Assembly (NCBI GenBank): GCA_907165135.1
Contig: OU015567.1
Location: 558,001-622,000 of the forward strand
Direction: 5' to 3'
Source: Oikopleura dioica
Lineage: Eukaryota > Animalia > Chordata
Length of the DNA stretch: 64,000 bases
The stretch's first letter is position 1; each line of letters begins with the position of its first letter. Positions 37,885 through 48,455 of the stretch are shown here, piece after piece. The notes under the pieces are model-generated. The model was given only the letters and a program-made list of their open reading frames with translations. It ran no database searches and was not told the origin of the DNA. A program made the translations under genes and the position numbers.

Positions 37885-39406
37885 GGGGGTGAACAGTGAA
37901 AAAATGAGCAAAATTAAAAGTTGAAAAAACTAATTTGAATCGATGTATATGTATAAAACACATCATAAAAAACATTAAATTCAATAATTGTAAATTAAAA
38001 AAACGTTGTTTTCCATCATAAACGCCAATTTTCTCATGTAGATTACAGTTTTTTCAAGATAACTTTTGATCTCAACCTTCCTCAAGCCTAAATCAAAGAT
38101 AATCTTAATCTACAGAAAAAATGCTTTCAGAAACTTATAAAATCACTTTGTGCACTTGTGTGCAAAAAATTCTAGAGCTAATTATTTGTCCAAACTCTGT
38201 GAGTTGGCCCTCTAGGGGTGTTCGAATCCCGGCAATGACACTTTTTTTTCATTCCGATTTTCCTCGAAAAATTGCGTTAGCTTGATCACGTGACTGAGTT
38301 TGAGTCATAATAAGTCCTCCGGAGGACATTTTTACTTGGAATATATTGCTGGACGACTGAGAACTTCCGCTTATTAAATTCAGTCGGCCCCGTCCCTGGC
38401 TTTTAAATTGAAATGGGCTTGACGGCCCTTCGGGCCGTCTCAGCCCCGTCCCTGGCTTTTAAATTGAAATGGGCTTGACGGCCCTTCGGGCCGTCTCAGC
38501 CCCGTCCCTGGCTTTTAAATTGAAATGGGCTTGACGGCCCTTCGGGCCGTCTCAGCCCCGTCCCTGGCTTTTAAATTGAAATGGGCTTGACGGCCCTTCG
38601 GGCCGTCTCAGCCCCGTCCCTGGCTTTTAAATTGAAATGGGCTTGACGGCCCTTCGGGCCGTCTCAGCCCCGTCCCTGGCTTTTAAATTGAAATGGGCTT
38701 GACGGCCCTTCGGGCCGTCTCAGCCCCGTCCCTGGCTTTTAAATTGAAATGGGCTTGACGGCCCTTCGGGCCGTCTCAGCCCCGTCCCTGGCTTTTAAAT
38801 TGAAATGGGCTTGATTACGGCTGGGATTTGAAGAAAAGATAGAGATGATCAGTCTCATTTCTTCCCAAACCCCGCCCACACCCATTTTTCAATAAACTTT
38901 TGTTTGTCCTTCCCGATTTTTAATTATGGTTTTTCAAATATCAATTTTTTATATAGATTTCTCTACATTCTTAATTAAATTCTTCCATCAGATGGGGTCC
39001 TCCGGGTCCTCCGAGGGTCCACGTGATCAAATTATCAGATTTATATATGTTCACGTTTCGGTTAATAACCATGCCGAAGGAGTCCCTGGAAGAGATTATT
39101 CTTCATTAAATTTGCATAAATTCTTCCATCATCTAGGTCCTCCGGGGTCCTCCAAGATGTCACGTGATTAAAATTAAGGAAAAATTTACATGATCAGTGA
39201 TAATCAGCAATCAAAATCATGAATAGAAACCCTAGTTACGTCGAGTTTGGGAAAAATCAGATTTTGACCTCAGCTGACCCCACGTGACCTTTGATGACCT
39301 CAAGTCATGTGTCAAAATGATCAGTGGATCAAGGGCTTTCCATCGATGTGTTATTCATCTCTATTGGAGGATGATAAAAAAATCAATTTTTTCACCGTTC
39401 ACCCCC
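37885..39406. mobile_element. TA-flanked TIR element, 1522 bp, carrying the 56-bp array
   Basis: TIR GGGGGTGAAC(A/G)GTGAAAAAAT. TA on both sides. Inserted in a (T/A/G)-rich low-complexity tract. Confidence 0.8.
38388..38814. repeat. Perfect tandem array, 7.6 x 56 bp, hairpin-forming unit
   Basis: Unit CCCCGTCCCTGGCTTTTAAATTGAAATGGGCTTGACGGCCCTTCGGGCCGTCTCAG starts at 38388 + 56n. I saw no differences between copies. Confidence 0.97.
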
Positions 39407-39888
39407 TATATATGAGTCATATAAATTATATGATATAATATGAGTCATAAGAAATTATATCATATTATATATTATATTATATCATATGATATAATCATAT
39501 ATAATACAATATAGGATATCATATTATATTATATCATATGATATTTTAGATATCTGATTATATATTCCTTTTAATATCTTTTGTATTTTATGTTAGATTC
39601 ATACTGTATAAAAAATATGCTTCTTGAATATTGGAATGGATCCTAGAACAGGGATGGAAATATGACAAAATTTTCCGGCGGCACCGGCACGGCACGGCAC
39701 AACCAAAATACCCGTGCCGCGGCACGGTACGGCACGGCACGGCACGAAATTCGATAATGGGGTGCCGCGGCACCACGGCACTGCACGGCACAAATTTGAA
39801 TCATATGACTTATTTATGAAAATGAAAATAATTAAAGCTGCGAGTGAACTTATAGAATTTTCGAAAGATAATATACTAGGTATAACTA

Positions 39889-40826
39889 GGTAAACTTGAT
39901 GAAAAATGAGCTCTTTTTAGAGCTTATAAATCAGGAATATAATACAGTTTTAGAATCCTCAGAAGCTGGGGATGATTTTGACTATTCATACTTGGGGTTT
40001 TGCTCATGCCCTGAGGGGTTTTGGGCCTTCCAAAGTCCCGAAATGTGGCCAATCTCGGTTAGGGGCTCATAACTTTTCTTCTCCCCATTTCTGGAGAAAG
40101 CCCACCATATGAGCTTGTAGAGGAGGCTCTAACGATTCAGAATATGTATAGAAAACCAACGGACACCCCCCATTCTAGACCCTCTAGAAGGCCCGGAAGT
40201 TGAGGAAGTCACCGGAAAATCAGTACTTTTTACGAAAATAGAGCAAAAGTGCAATATTTTCATCGGAAATCATTAGAAAAACGTTTTAATGACTTTCTGA
40301 CGCACAAAATTTACTCTTGGGTCATTTGAGGTCACGTGGGGTCATATTGTGATAAAAATTGAATCTCGTAACAACTCACCCCGGAAGGTTCCCAGACTAA
40401 ATTTTGTACGTCAGAAAGTCATTAAAAACGTTTTTCTAACGATTTCCGATGAAAATATTGCACTTTTGCTCTATTTTCGTGAAAATAGTACTGATTTTCC
40501 GTTGACTTCCTCAACTTTCGGGCCTTCTAGAGGCTCTATAATGGGGGTGTCCGGTGGTTTTCTATACATATTCTGAATCGTTAGAGCCTCTTCTACAAGC
40601 TCATATGGTGGGCTTCCTCCAGAAATGGGGAGAAGAAAAGTTATGAGCCCCTAACCGAGATTGGCCACATTTCGGGACTTTGGAAGGCCCAAAACCCCTC
40701 AGGGCATGAGCAAAACCCCTAAGTATGAATAGTCAAAATGATCCCCAGCTTCTGAGGATTCTAAAACTGTATTATATTCCCTGATTTATAAGCTTTAAAA
40801 AGAGCTCATTTTTCATCAAGTTTACC
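39889..40826. mobile_element. Foldback element, 938 bp, with ~433-bp arms and a ~70-bp spacer
   Basis: 39889-40321 is the near-perfect reverse complement of 40391-40826. TA on both sides. A diverged arm fragment occurs near 60685-60760. Confidence 0.93.
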
Positions 40827-40951
40827 TATATATAACCGTAATAAACTTATAATCTTGGATAATTTGAATTTTTCAAACAATGGGTGAGGGTGGGGTTGGG
40901 GACATTACGGAGATTGATAGCAATGTTCCCAGCCAATGTCAAGCCCCTTAA

Positions 40952-42318
40952 GGGTACCTAGGTCGAGATGGCCATCTTTGTGGGTAAATTACTACCCTTT
41001 ATTCATAATGTAAAAAGCTCCTTAATAGCTTATTGGATGGATCTATCCTAGATCTCAGATCGTGACAGAGCACTTTTTTGATTTCAAAAGTTTTTCAGAT
41101 AAAACGCCGTCAAAGTTTGCGTCTCGGCCTAAAATAGCCAACTTCAACGCTAAATTCAGGTGAAAATTCTCATACAAACTTTTTTTTTCTTTCTGGATTT
41201 ATATAGTTCCAAGCCTCCTCTTCAATCGTGACAGAGCAGATTTTTGGATTTCGAAGATTTTTTTAATTAAGGGTAGAGTCCCCGTACAGGGTCAGGTCTC
41301 AGAATCGGTTTTTGACCACTTTTTCTGAATCTCCATGAAATTCTGAGCAAAAACCTCCACATGAGTATTTTCTTTATCTCAACCCATTTTCGCACAAATT
41401 GCAATTGAAAATGGCAAAAATTAGTGCATTTTGGCTAGAAGGCGGAAATTTTAAAATTTTTACAATTTTTGGTCGCTATGTTAGGGTGTCATATGATACC
41501 TTTTTGGAAAGCCCACGTTCAGGACATCTTTTTGCGATGAGAACGGCGCCTTTTGGGCTATGCCCGCAAGGCAATTCACGAAGTCAAAGGGACGGAAAAT
41601 GGGTACCTTCGTACTTTAAAATTTTTAACATAGAAAATTTTGACCAATTGAAAAAGCTCGTGTCATTTTTAAGACAAGGGTCCAAACATTACCCTACAAA
41701 AGAATCGAGAGGGTTTTTATTGCTCACTTTGGAGGAGAGTCGCCCTGAATATTGGCTATTTTCGCGATTTTTCGCTGAGACGACAACTTTGAGCGAACCG
41801 CACGTGACTTTTCTCCTGGAATTTCGAAAAAAGCTCGTGTCAATCAGAAGATCTAAGATTAAACTTTCATTTGAGCCATTACACGCCTTCCCAGCATTGA
41901 TAGGTTCGGAGGAGAGTCTCGCTGCTTTGGGCCTGTACGGGGACCCTACCCTTAAATTTTCAAAAGTTTGGACTAGTCATCGCGAATTCCGCGTTTTTGC
42001 TTAGTAAGCTTCCATTTTTCCCGATTTTGAGATGAATTTAATTTTCTGTGGCAATTTTAAGCTTCACCACGATGTTAAGAAGGCCATAAGCTTTCAATTA
42101 AGCCCTTAATTAACAAAATCAGAGATGAAAAATTCTCGTCAAAATTTAAGGTGCTAGCATTTCCTATAGATTTTTAACTTTGAAGTGGTTTTTGAAGGTG
42201 AAAACGTTAAGATAGCTATAGGGTCATTATAGAGTTTTTTGTTCCTCAGAACCTGAAGAATGCGATTTTACGGTCAGAAAATAGTTTAAGGGTGTACCCA
42301 AACTCGACCTAGGTACCC
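40952..42318. mobile_element. TTAA-flanked element (Kolobok-like), 1367 bp including a nested insert
   Basis: TIR GGGTACCTAGGTCGAG. TTAA at 40948-40951 and 42319-42322. Confidence 0.9.
41271..41951. mobile_element. TTAA-flanked MITE, 681 bp, nested in 40952-42318
   Basis: TIR GGGTAG(A/G)GTCCCCGTACAGG. TTAA at 41267-41270 and 41952-41955. The 201-aa ORF at 41399 lies inside it and has no transposase motif. Confidence 0.9.
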
Positions 42319-42322
42319 TTAA

Positions 42323-42699
42323 GAGGGGCTCGTCAATATGGATTTTCGGGGGAGATGAAAATCTCACTTCTACATATAGTGTGCATATGTATAATATATT
42401 TTTAGAATCTACAGATCCTGACGAGTCTGTTGAGCCTGAAATTATTTAATAAAAATAAGTTTTAGGGGGTAAAATCGATGAATTTGTGAAAAAAATGACC
42501 GTTTTTGGTTAATTTTCGCGAAATGGCCCTACTTTTGCGGCATTTTTAACCGATTTTTTCTGACCAATATTTTTTCTCGTTTGCGCCGGTCGAATTTTAC
42601 AACCCTTTTCTTCCCCCTATGAATTTTATTTTTTTCTATCCAATCAGGTTTTCCCGCTTTTTTTGGTCAAGAACAACCCCGATATTGACGACCTCCCCC
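42323..42699. mobile_element. TTAA-flanked MITE, family A, 377 bp
   Basis: TIR ~RRGG(G/A)G(C/G)TCGTCAATAT. TTAA on both sides. Homologous to 3555-3923. Confidence 0.88.
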
Positions 42700-42899
42700 T
42701 TAAATTCAAAAATCAAGGAACGGGGCTGAAACGGCCCAAAGGGCCGTCAAGCCCTTAAATTCAAAAATCAGGGACGGGGCTGAAACGGCCCAAAGGGCCG
42801 TCAAGCCCCTTAAATTCAAAAATCAAGGAACGGGGCTGAAACGGCCAAAAGGGCCGTCAAGCCCCTTAAATTCAAAAATCAAGGAACGGGGCTGAAACA
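42700..42899. repeat. Second array of the 56-bp hairpin family, opposite orientation, about 3.6 copies
   Basis: Unit TTAAATTCAAAAATCAAGGAACGGGGCTGAAACGGCCCAAAGGGCCGTCAAGCCC(C) starts at 42700, 42755, 42810 and 42866. Its reverse complement aligns with the 38388 unit. Confidence 0.92.
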
Positions 42900-45815
42900 G
42901 CCGAAAGTTATGTCCTTTATTTTTACCGATAATGAAAATTTACCTAAAAATAATGTTATACTGTGCCGCGGTGCCGCAACCAGATTTTATTCTATGTGCC
43001 GTGCCGTGCCATGCCGCTGTGCCGTGCCGTGCCGCTCAGATTTCCATCCCTGTCCTAGAAGACCCTCAACTCTTGCCAAAATCCCACTAAGCAGCTCTCA
43101 AAAATAATCATTTTCTTATTATTCGCCCTGAGTGAATATTCTTTTGTCAAGCAAAGTGCCCTCCCATGGCGAGCGAAGATTGAATCTTTTCTCTTTTTTA
43201 TATTGTCTTTTGGGACTTCTTTTCTTTACTGAGGGGACAAAGGGCTTAATTACAATCATAATTACAGTAAGAACGAAATTGAATTTTGGGGCCAAATTTT
43301 TGGAAGGTGAAGTTTTTTTTTCGCGGGGACTTTTTCACGTATTTCCGGTGGCTGCCTTCCGGATGTTGCCAAAATCTTTTCTCAAGTAATTTCGCTGTTT
43401 TGACAACATTTGAAAATGAACAATTTGTGGAACGATTACGGAAAGCTGCGGGGCCGAGCTGTTTGTCGGTACGCAATTTTTTTGCTTTCCATTTCCGACG
43501 AAATCTTTATTTTTTCATCAAAAAGAATCGAGCTCAATTTGGGAAAATCCTTTTCTTAGAGCCATTTTTTGCGGAAATTTATCAGTTAGACACCCTTCTT
43601 TTTCCGAAAATTATGAAGGTGATTCCGACTTCTCAATTTTGATAAAAATAAGGGTGTCACAGCGTAAATTCGCGAAAAAAACACCTTCGAAGATTGGTTA
43701 AACGATGGTAACCCCCTTAAAAATTGATAAAGACCAACGATAAGGATCATAATTATCTCCACCCAAAAATCAGAGCTAATACGCCATAAACCCAAAAACA
43801 CAACCTTCCTCCCTCTTGTGACCCGAATAACGGTCGTAAGAACATGTCACGGGGTGTCACGTGATATTAATGACACAAAAAGTAAAACTCGCTTTTGCTG
43901 TTTTATCAAGATGAGCAGCTGGCGAATTGAGGCTAAATGGACAATCAGGAGCTCGGGACAATTCAGAGGCAATTTTTTGATTATTGAGTGGCGATTATTG
44001 AGGACGCTTTGGACAGGCTTTCTTTCTTTGGAAAATACACTTGAGGATTCACTTGTGAATCTTCTTCTGCTGAATTGTTGATTTGAGTTTTCGAGAAATT
44101 TCGATGATTTTTCGGAACCGACAGAAAAATTTCGACAAATTTTGTGTGAAAATTTTCAACCAATCTGAAGCCTGGATTCGGCAATTCGGCTAATCAGAAG
44201 CGGAGTAGTCGCCCACGCAAAATTTGTCGAAATTTTTTTTGTCGGTTCCTGACGCCACCCCGATTTTTTTTTGAAAAAGATGATCTTCTTGGACTCTTGC
44301 CGGTTTTGTCCTGACGAAATCGGAACCATTAATGCGCGCCCGATCGCCGGTTGTTATGGCGTCCGTTAATTTGTGGAAAATCGGTGTGCGATTACGGGAC
44401 CACCCAGTCGCTCCGAGACTCCGCTCGCAAAATATTTTTCCAACGCCGAGAAAATAATTGTCCTCGCTCTTATATAAATGTTGATCCAAGGCACCATCAC
44501 CCAGACAATCTTGCCCCTTTATGACGCCACTGAGCTGGGAATAAGGAGCATTTCAAGATTGACTAGATTCTTGATGGGATTTTTTCTCGAAAGAAAATAG
44601 TCAAGCTTGAAACGAACCTGAGTCAGGACCTGAAAAAGACCCTGATTCAGGTTTTCTCTTCGATGAGATTAAATTCGGAAACACCCAAGTCGTCGTTCTA
44701 AAAACTCGATTTCCGTTTTAATTTCATCCAATTTACGTCCGTGTTTAGTCGACTTCTTTTTTCTAAAAAAATTTCCAGAAATGCAAAAATAAAATGTTTT
44801 GGGATTACACCATCTACCCGTGTACCTTAGCAAGTTACAACTTTCCGCCACGCAAGTAATTTGACACGAGTGGGGAGATATTAACTTGGAGCCTGTAACA
44901 AGCACCGAAAAAAGCAGAAAGCAGGAGCAGAAGGTAACCACCGAGCTAGCCACGGGGACATCAACAGGGTTACCCGCCACATCACGTTTTTAAATTACCG
45001 AATCGAGAGTTTTTCTTTTACGATAATTACGGAACGCGCAAACAACTTCATTTTTTCAAAGAAAAGATATCATCATAGGCGTTTGGTCAAAAAAGGCTTA
45101 AAATTGGGTTGGCCTTGTTCATCCTCTATCTTCCTGCAGGTGTGAATTTGTTCATCTTGAGGCCAAGAAGCCCCTTTTCTGTCGAAATTTCTAGAAAATT
45201 ATAGAAAATTCTAGAAAACTTTTATTACGCATAAGTGACCCAAGGATGAACAAGGCTCCATATGCAGGAAAATGGATGACGAACAAGGCCACCCAAAATT
45301 TTAAGCCTTTTTGTAACAATTTTTATCGCAATAAAAAATCCTTATTTTAAGTTTTTAATCGTCCGTCAAATCGATCACTTTCTCCGACTTACAAAGATCG
45401 AGGGCCATAAAAACTCAGAAGAACATAAATGTCACGTGAGTCAGTCTACTTTTTCTCAAAAGCCATTCTTTCCTGTCGCCTGTCAGTATTTTCTGCCGCG
45501 TCGGAAGTCGAGCGGGAAATAGTATCGAGAGTGATCATTTTCTGTCAGTCCTTCCTTTTTGTTGGTTTCTGGTAATTGTGGCCTTTGAAAAGCTGTTATG
45601 ACAGCAGCAACGAGAAGTTATGCTCCTCTTTTTAGAAAAAGAAAAAAGGGGTCATCGACCGAAGAATAGAAATATTCAATAGCCTTGACTTTGTTAGTTT
45701 TTCTTTGTTACGAATAGTTTACAAAACGTAATTCTATCTTTGCGAGGCAAATTGACAGGCTTTCCCATGTCAAATAAGGCTCTTTAGTACAGTTTTCTTT
45801 AGACCTTGAATCGGG

Positions 45816-46164
45816 AACCTGTGTAAAAACCTGAGTCAGGGTCAGGAAAAAGGTTCTTTCGGGACCCTTACTCAGGTTTGAAGACAGGTTTTTTCAAAAC
45901 CCTGAGTCAGGACCTAACAAACCCTAACCCTATGTACAAACCTGAGTCAGGGTCAGGAAAAAGGTTTATTAAGAACCCTGACTCAGGTTTTTCTCAACGC
46001 CCTGAGTCAGGACAGAACAAACCCGAACCCTGTGTAGAAACCTGAGTCAGGAACAGGAAAAAGATTTTTTCAGAACCCTGACTCAGGTTTTAGTCAGGGT
46101 TTTTTTCAGAGCCCTGACTAAGGACCTAACCCTAACTTCGCTAACTCAGGTTTCTACACAGGTT
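45816..46164. mobile_element. CCTGAGTCAGG-family element with three ~105-120-bp internal units
   Basis: Ends AACCTGTGTA.. and ..TACACAGGTT. About 7 exact CCTGA(C/G)TCAGG copies plus variants. Includes CCCTAACCCT stretches. Confidence 0.85.
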
Positions 46165-46816
46165 GCTGCGCCCAAATTTTGGCAAAAAAGCGTTCAAAAA
46201 AGTCCTGAAAGCTTAAAATTTTCTCGAAAAGGAAGATTAGCGAAACATTAACATAACAATCCACGCGAGTAAAAGCGAAGAAGCTCAGCGAAATCCGTTT
46301 GATGCGCCGCCAAGTAATCGAAAAGCACACACTTTATGGTCGCTTCCCATGTCGAATTTCCAAACTGGCTAATCCGTCTGCGACAAATTTGGCCCCATTC
46401 ACGCGCCAAGGAATTGAACAAAGCGTGTGCATCAGATCAAAGGAAAAATTAAATAAACAATTTCTAGAGCTAAATTAATTCAGGCCCTTCTCTTCCTGGT
46501 CGAATATCTTTCTGATAAAAGCTTAATTCTGGAGTTTGTCCAACCCTTTTTTCGACTGAGGGAAGAAAATAGAGATTTATCTCGCCAGCTTAATCCCTTG
46601 TTTACGGGTCGTTACGGCGATTGGAACGTAAGACTTAATTCGCTGATGCAGGCCGTTTTTTTTTCTTGGTTCGCGCCCAAGAAAGATTGGATTTCGCCCT
46701 TGGGAAAGGAGGTTAAAAAGTCGACGGAGAGTGACTTCAAACGGGATGATCGGATGTAAAAGATTCAATTACGAAACTCTAAAGTAGAGAGAATTTTTCG
46801 TAAATGAGACATTTAA

Positions 46817-47348
46817 CCTTACGCCGCCAAGTGTGCCATATATGGCACCAAGACTTTAAAACGCCTGTAACTTATTTTTTACTTGGAGTGAGAGTTTCGC
46901 CGACCCCCCTTTATACCCCTACTTTTCGCTAACCTTTCACGTAGTAGGCCTTTGGTTGGCTTAGCACCGCTACAAATGCGTCAAAATAGCGAATTTAGCT
47001 TCGCTACTTGTGTGCCATATATGGCACAAGAATGTATTGTGATGTGCCATATTTGGCACATTTGGCGGCGGTGGGACTTTTTCCGCCTAAAATGCATTGT
47101 AAGGGATTTTCCCTTATAAGAGGAAGATAAACATTTCCGAGATGAATCTGATGTCATTTGATGTCGTCTGATGTCCTATAATGTCAAATGTCTAACATTT
47201 GGAAGCATGACAAAAAATTTCCTATTTTCAACATCTCCAGCCGACTTTTTAAGAGTTGTGCCATATTTGGCACATCGAATACACTGCAATGTGCCATATA
47301 TGGCACATTTGGTGGCGGGGGGTGAAATTCGGGTTTGGCGGCGTAAGG
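46817..47348. mobile_element. piggyBac-like MITE, 532 bp, with five GTGCCATAT(A/T)TGGCAC palindromes
   Basis: TIR CCTTACGCCGCCAA. TTAA at 46813-46816 and 47349-47352. Confidence 0.9.
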
Positions 47349-47422
47349 TTAAGGGGGTAGTCATCGATAGCTGGAAGGATACAAAATTAAGCTGATATAA
47401 GTCGTTGGCTTGAGTTATGTCA

Positions 47423-47695
47423 ATTTTTAGAAACTTGACAGTTCTTCAGAAGATATTTCTACGTGACTTTGAAACGACTGAAGTGACACCCTTATTTGGT
47501 CGTTGGAAACCCTAACCCTAACAACCCTTCCGATCCTTACTCTTATGGTTATGGTAAGGAAGGTAAGGGTTAGGATTGGAAGGGTTCTTAGGGTTCTTAG
47601 GGTTTCCAACAACCAAATAAGGGTGTCACTTCAGTAATGTCAAAATTCTGTAGAAATACATTTTGTTCTTCAGAACTGTCAGATTTCGGAAAAAT
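47423..47695. mobile_element. 273-bp foldback with a telomere-like core
   Basis: Arms include CTGAAGTGACACCCTTATTTGGT(C/T)GTTGGAAACCCTAA in inverted orientation. Degenerate CCCTAA and TTAGGG runs lie toward the centre. Confidence 0.8.
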
Positions 47696-48455
47696 GAGAA
47701 TTTTGTAAAAATCGAAATCTTGATAAGTTCAAAGAAAATAATAAATATTAAAGTAAGACCTTCTGTTTCCTGTCTGGTAGACATTTCTGACATCAGATTA
47801 TCGAAAACATTGATTTCTGAAGAAAGAGTTGGAACGCTTTCAACATCACGCGGATTTGAGCGCGAATTGACACGCTTAGTAGGGCAATAAAATGGTCTTA
47901 GTGGGTTAACTGCTCATTATTAATCGATTCTTTATATCTCCGAGAAAGACTTGTATATTGCGGCATTTTCGATTTTGCCTTTTTTTTCACTGACCGCGGA
48001 GGATTTCCGCTGTGACAGAGGTCGGTTATGAGCGGCCGGTAAATATTTGAAAGGCGATACATTCACATCGTTGAAACCTCTGTTTCAATAACAAATGTCA
48101 AAGAGGAAAATGAGATAATTGAATTGCCTCGCTTCGGACCGCTGGAAGTTATGTTTTTCGCAGATTGGGCTTTGGCAACACCGAAAAATTAGCGCTCTCC
48201 CATGAACTTGATCATTTTTCGGGAAGAAAAGTACTTCTCGATTCGATTGAAACCACGTGACTTTCAATATTGACATTTTAATCGCTCTTATCAGTAATTC
48301 AGGACAGTGTTCCGAAATGTACAGTGCTTCCGTCAAATCTTAATCTGGTTAAATACTGATTTGCCTTCGAAATACTGATCGCTAGCTTATCACCAGCTCG
48401 CTCAACAAATTGGTGGAGCATTTAAATTGAGGCATCCGGATCAGACTCGCGCAAA

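Larger units (their letters stand above)
39649..43052. mobile_element. hAT-like host element, 3404 bp including nested inserts
   Basis: TIR CAGGGATGGAAAT. 8-bp TSD TCCTAGAA at 39641-39648 and 43053-43060. Inverted subterminal (GGCAC)n and (GTGCC)n arrays. Confidence 0.92.

Noticed and set aside
38170-38250. tRNA gene or tRNA-SINE (GTTCGAATCCC followed by a T-run)
   Set aside because: No A-box, acceptor stem or cloverleaf could be built, and the T-stem pairs poorly. At most a decayed B-box.
38388-38814. CRISPR array (regular hairpin-containing repeats)
   Set aside because: Units are identical end to end with no unique spacers, there are no cas genes, and the context is eukaryotic.
41399-42004. 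201-aa ORF as a transposase
   Set aside because: It starts at TTG, runs across the end of the MITE, has no DDE or DNA-binding motif, and has the F/K/S/R-rich composition of AT-rich non-coding DNA.
44190-44980. Minus-strand ORFs as one gene
   Set aside because: The best donor and acceptor are phase-incompatible and there is no recognisable domain.
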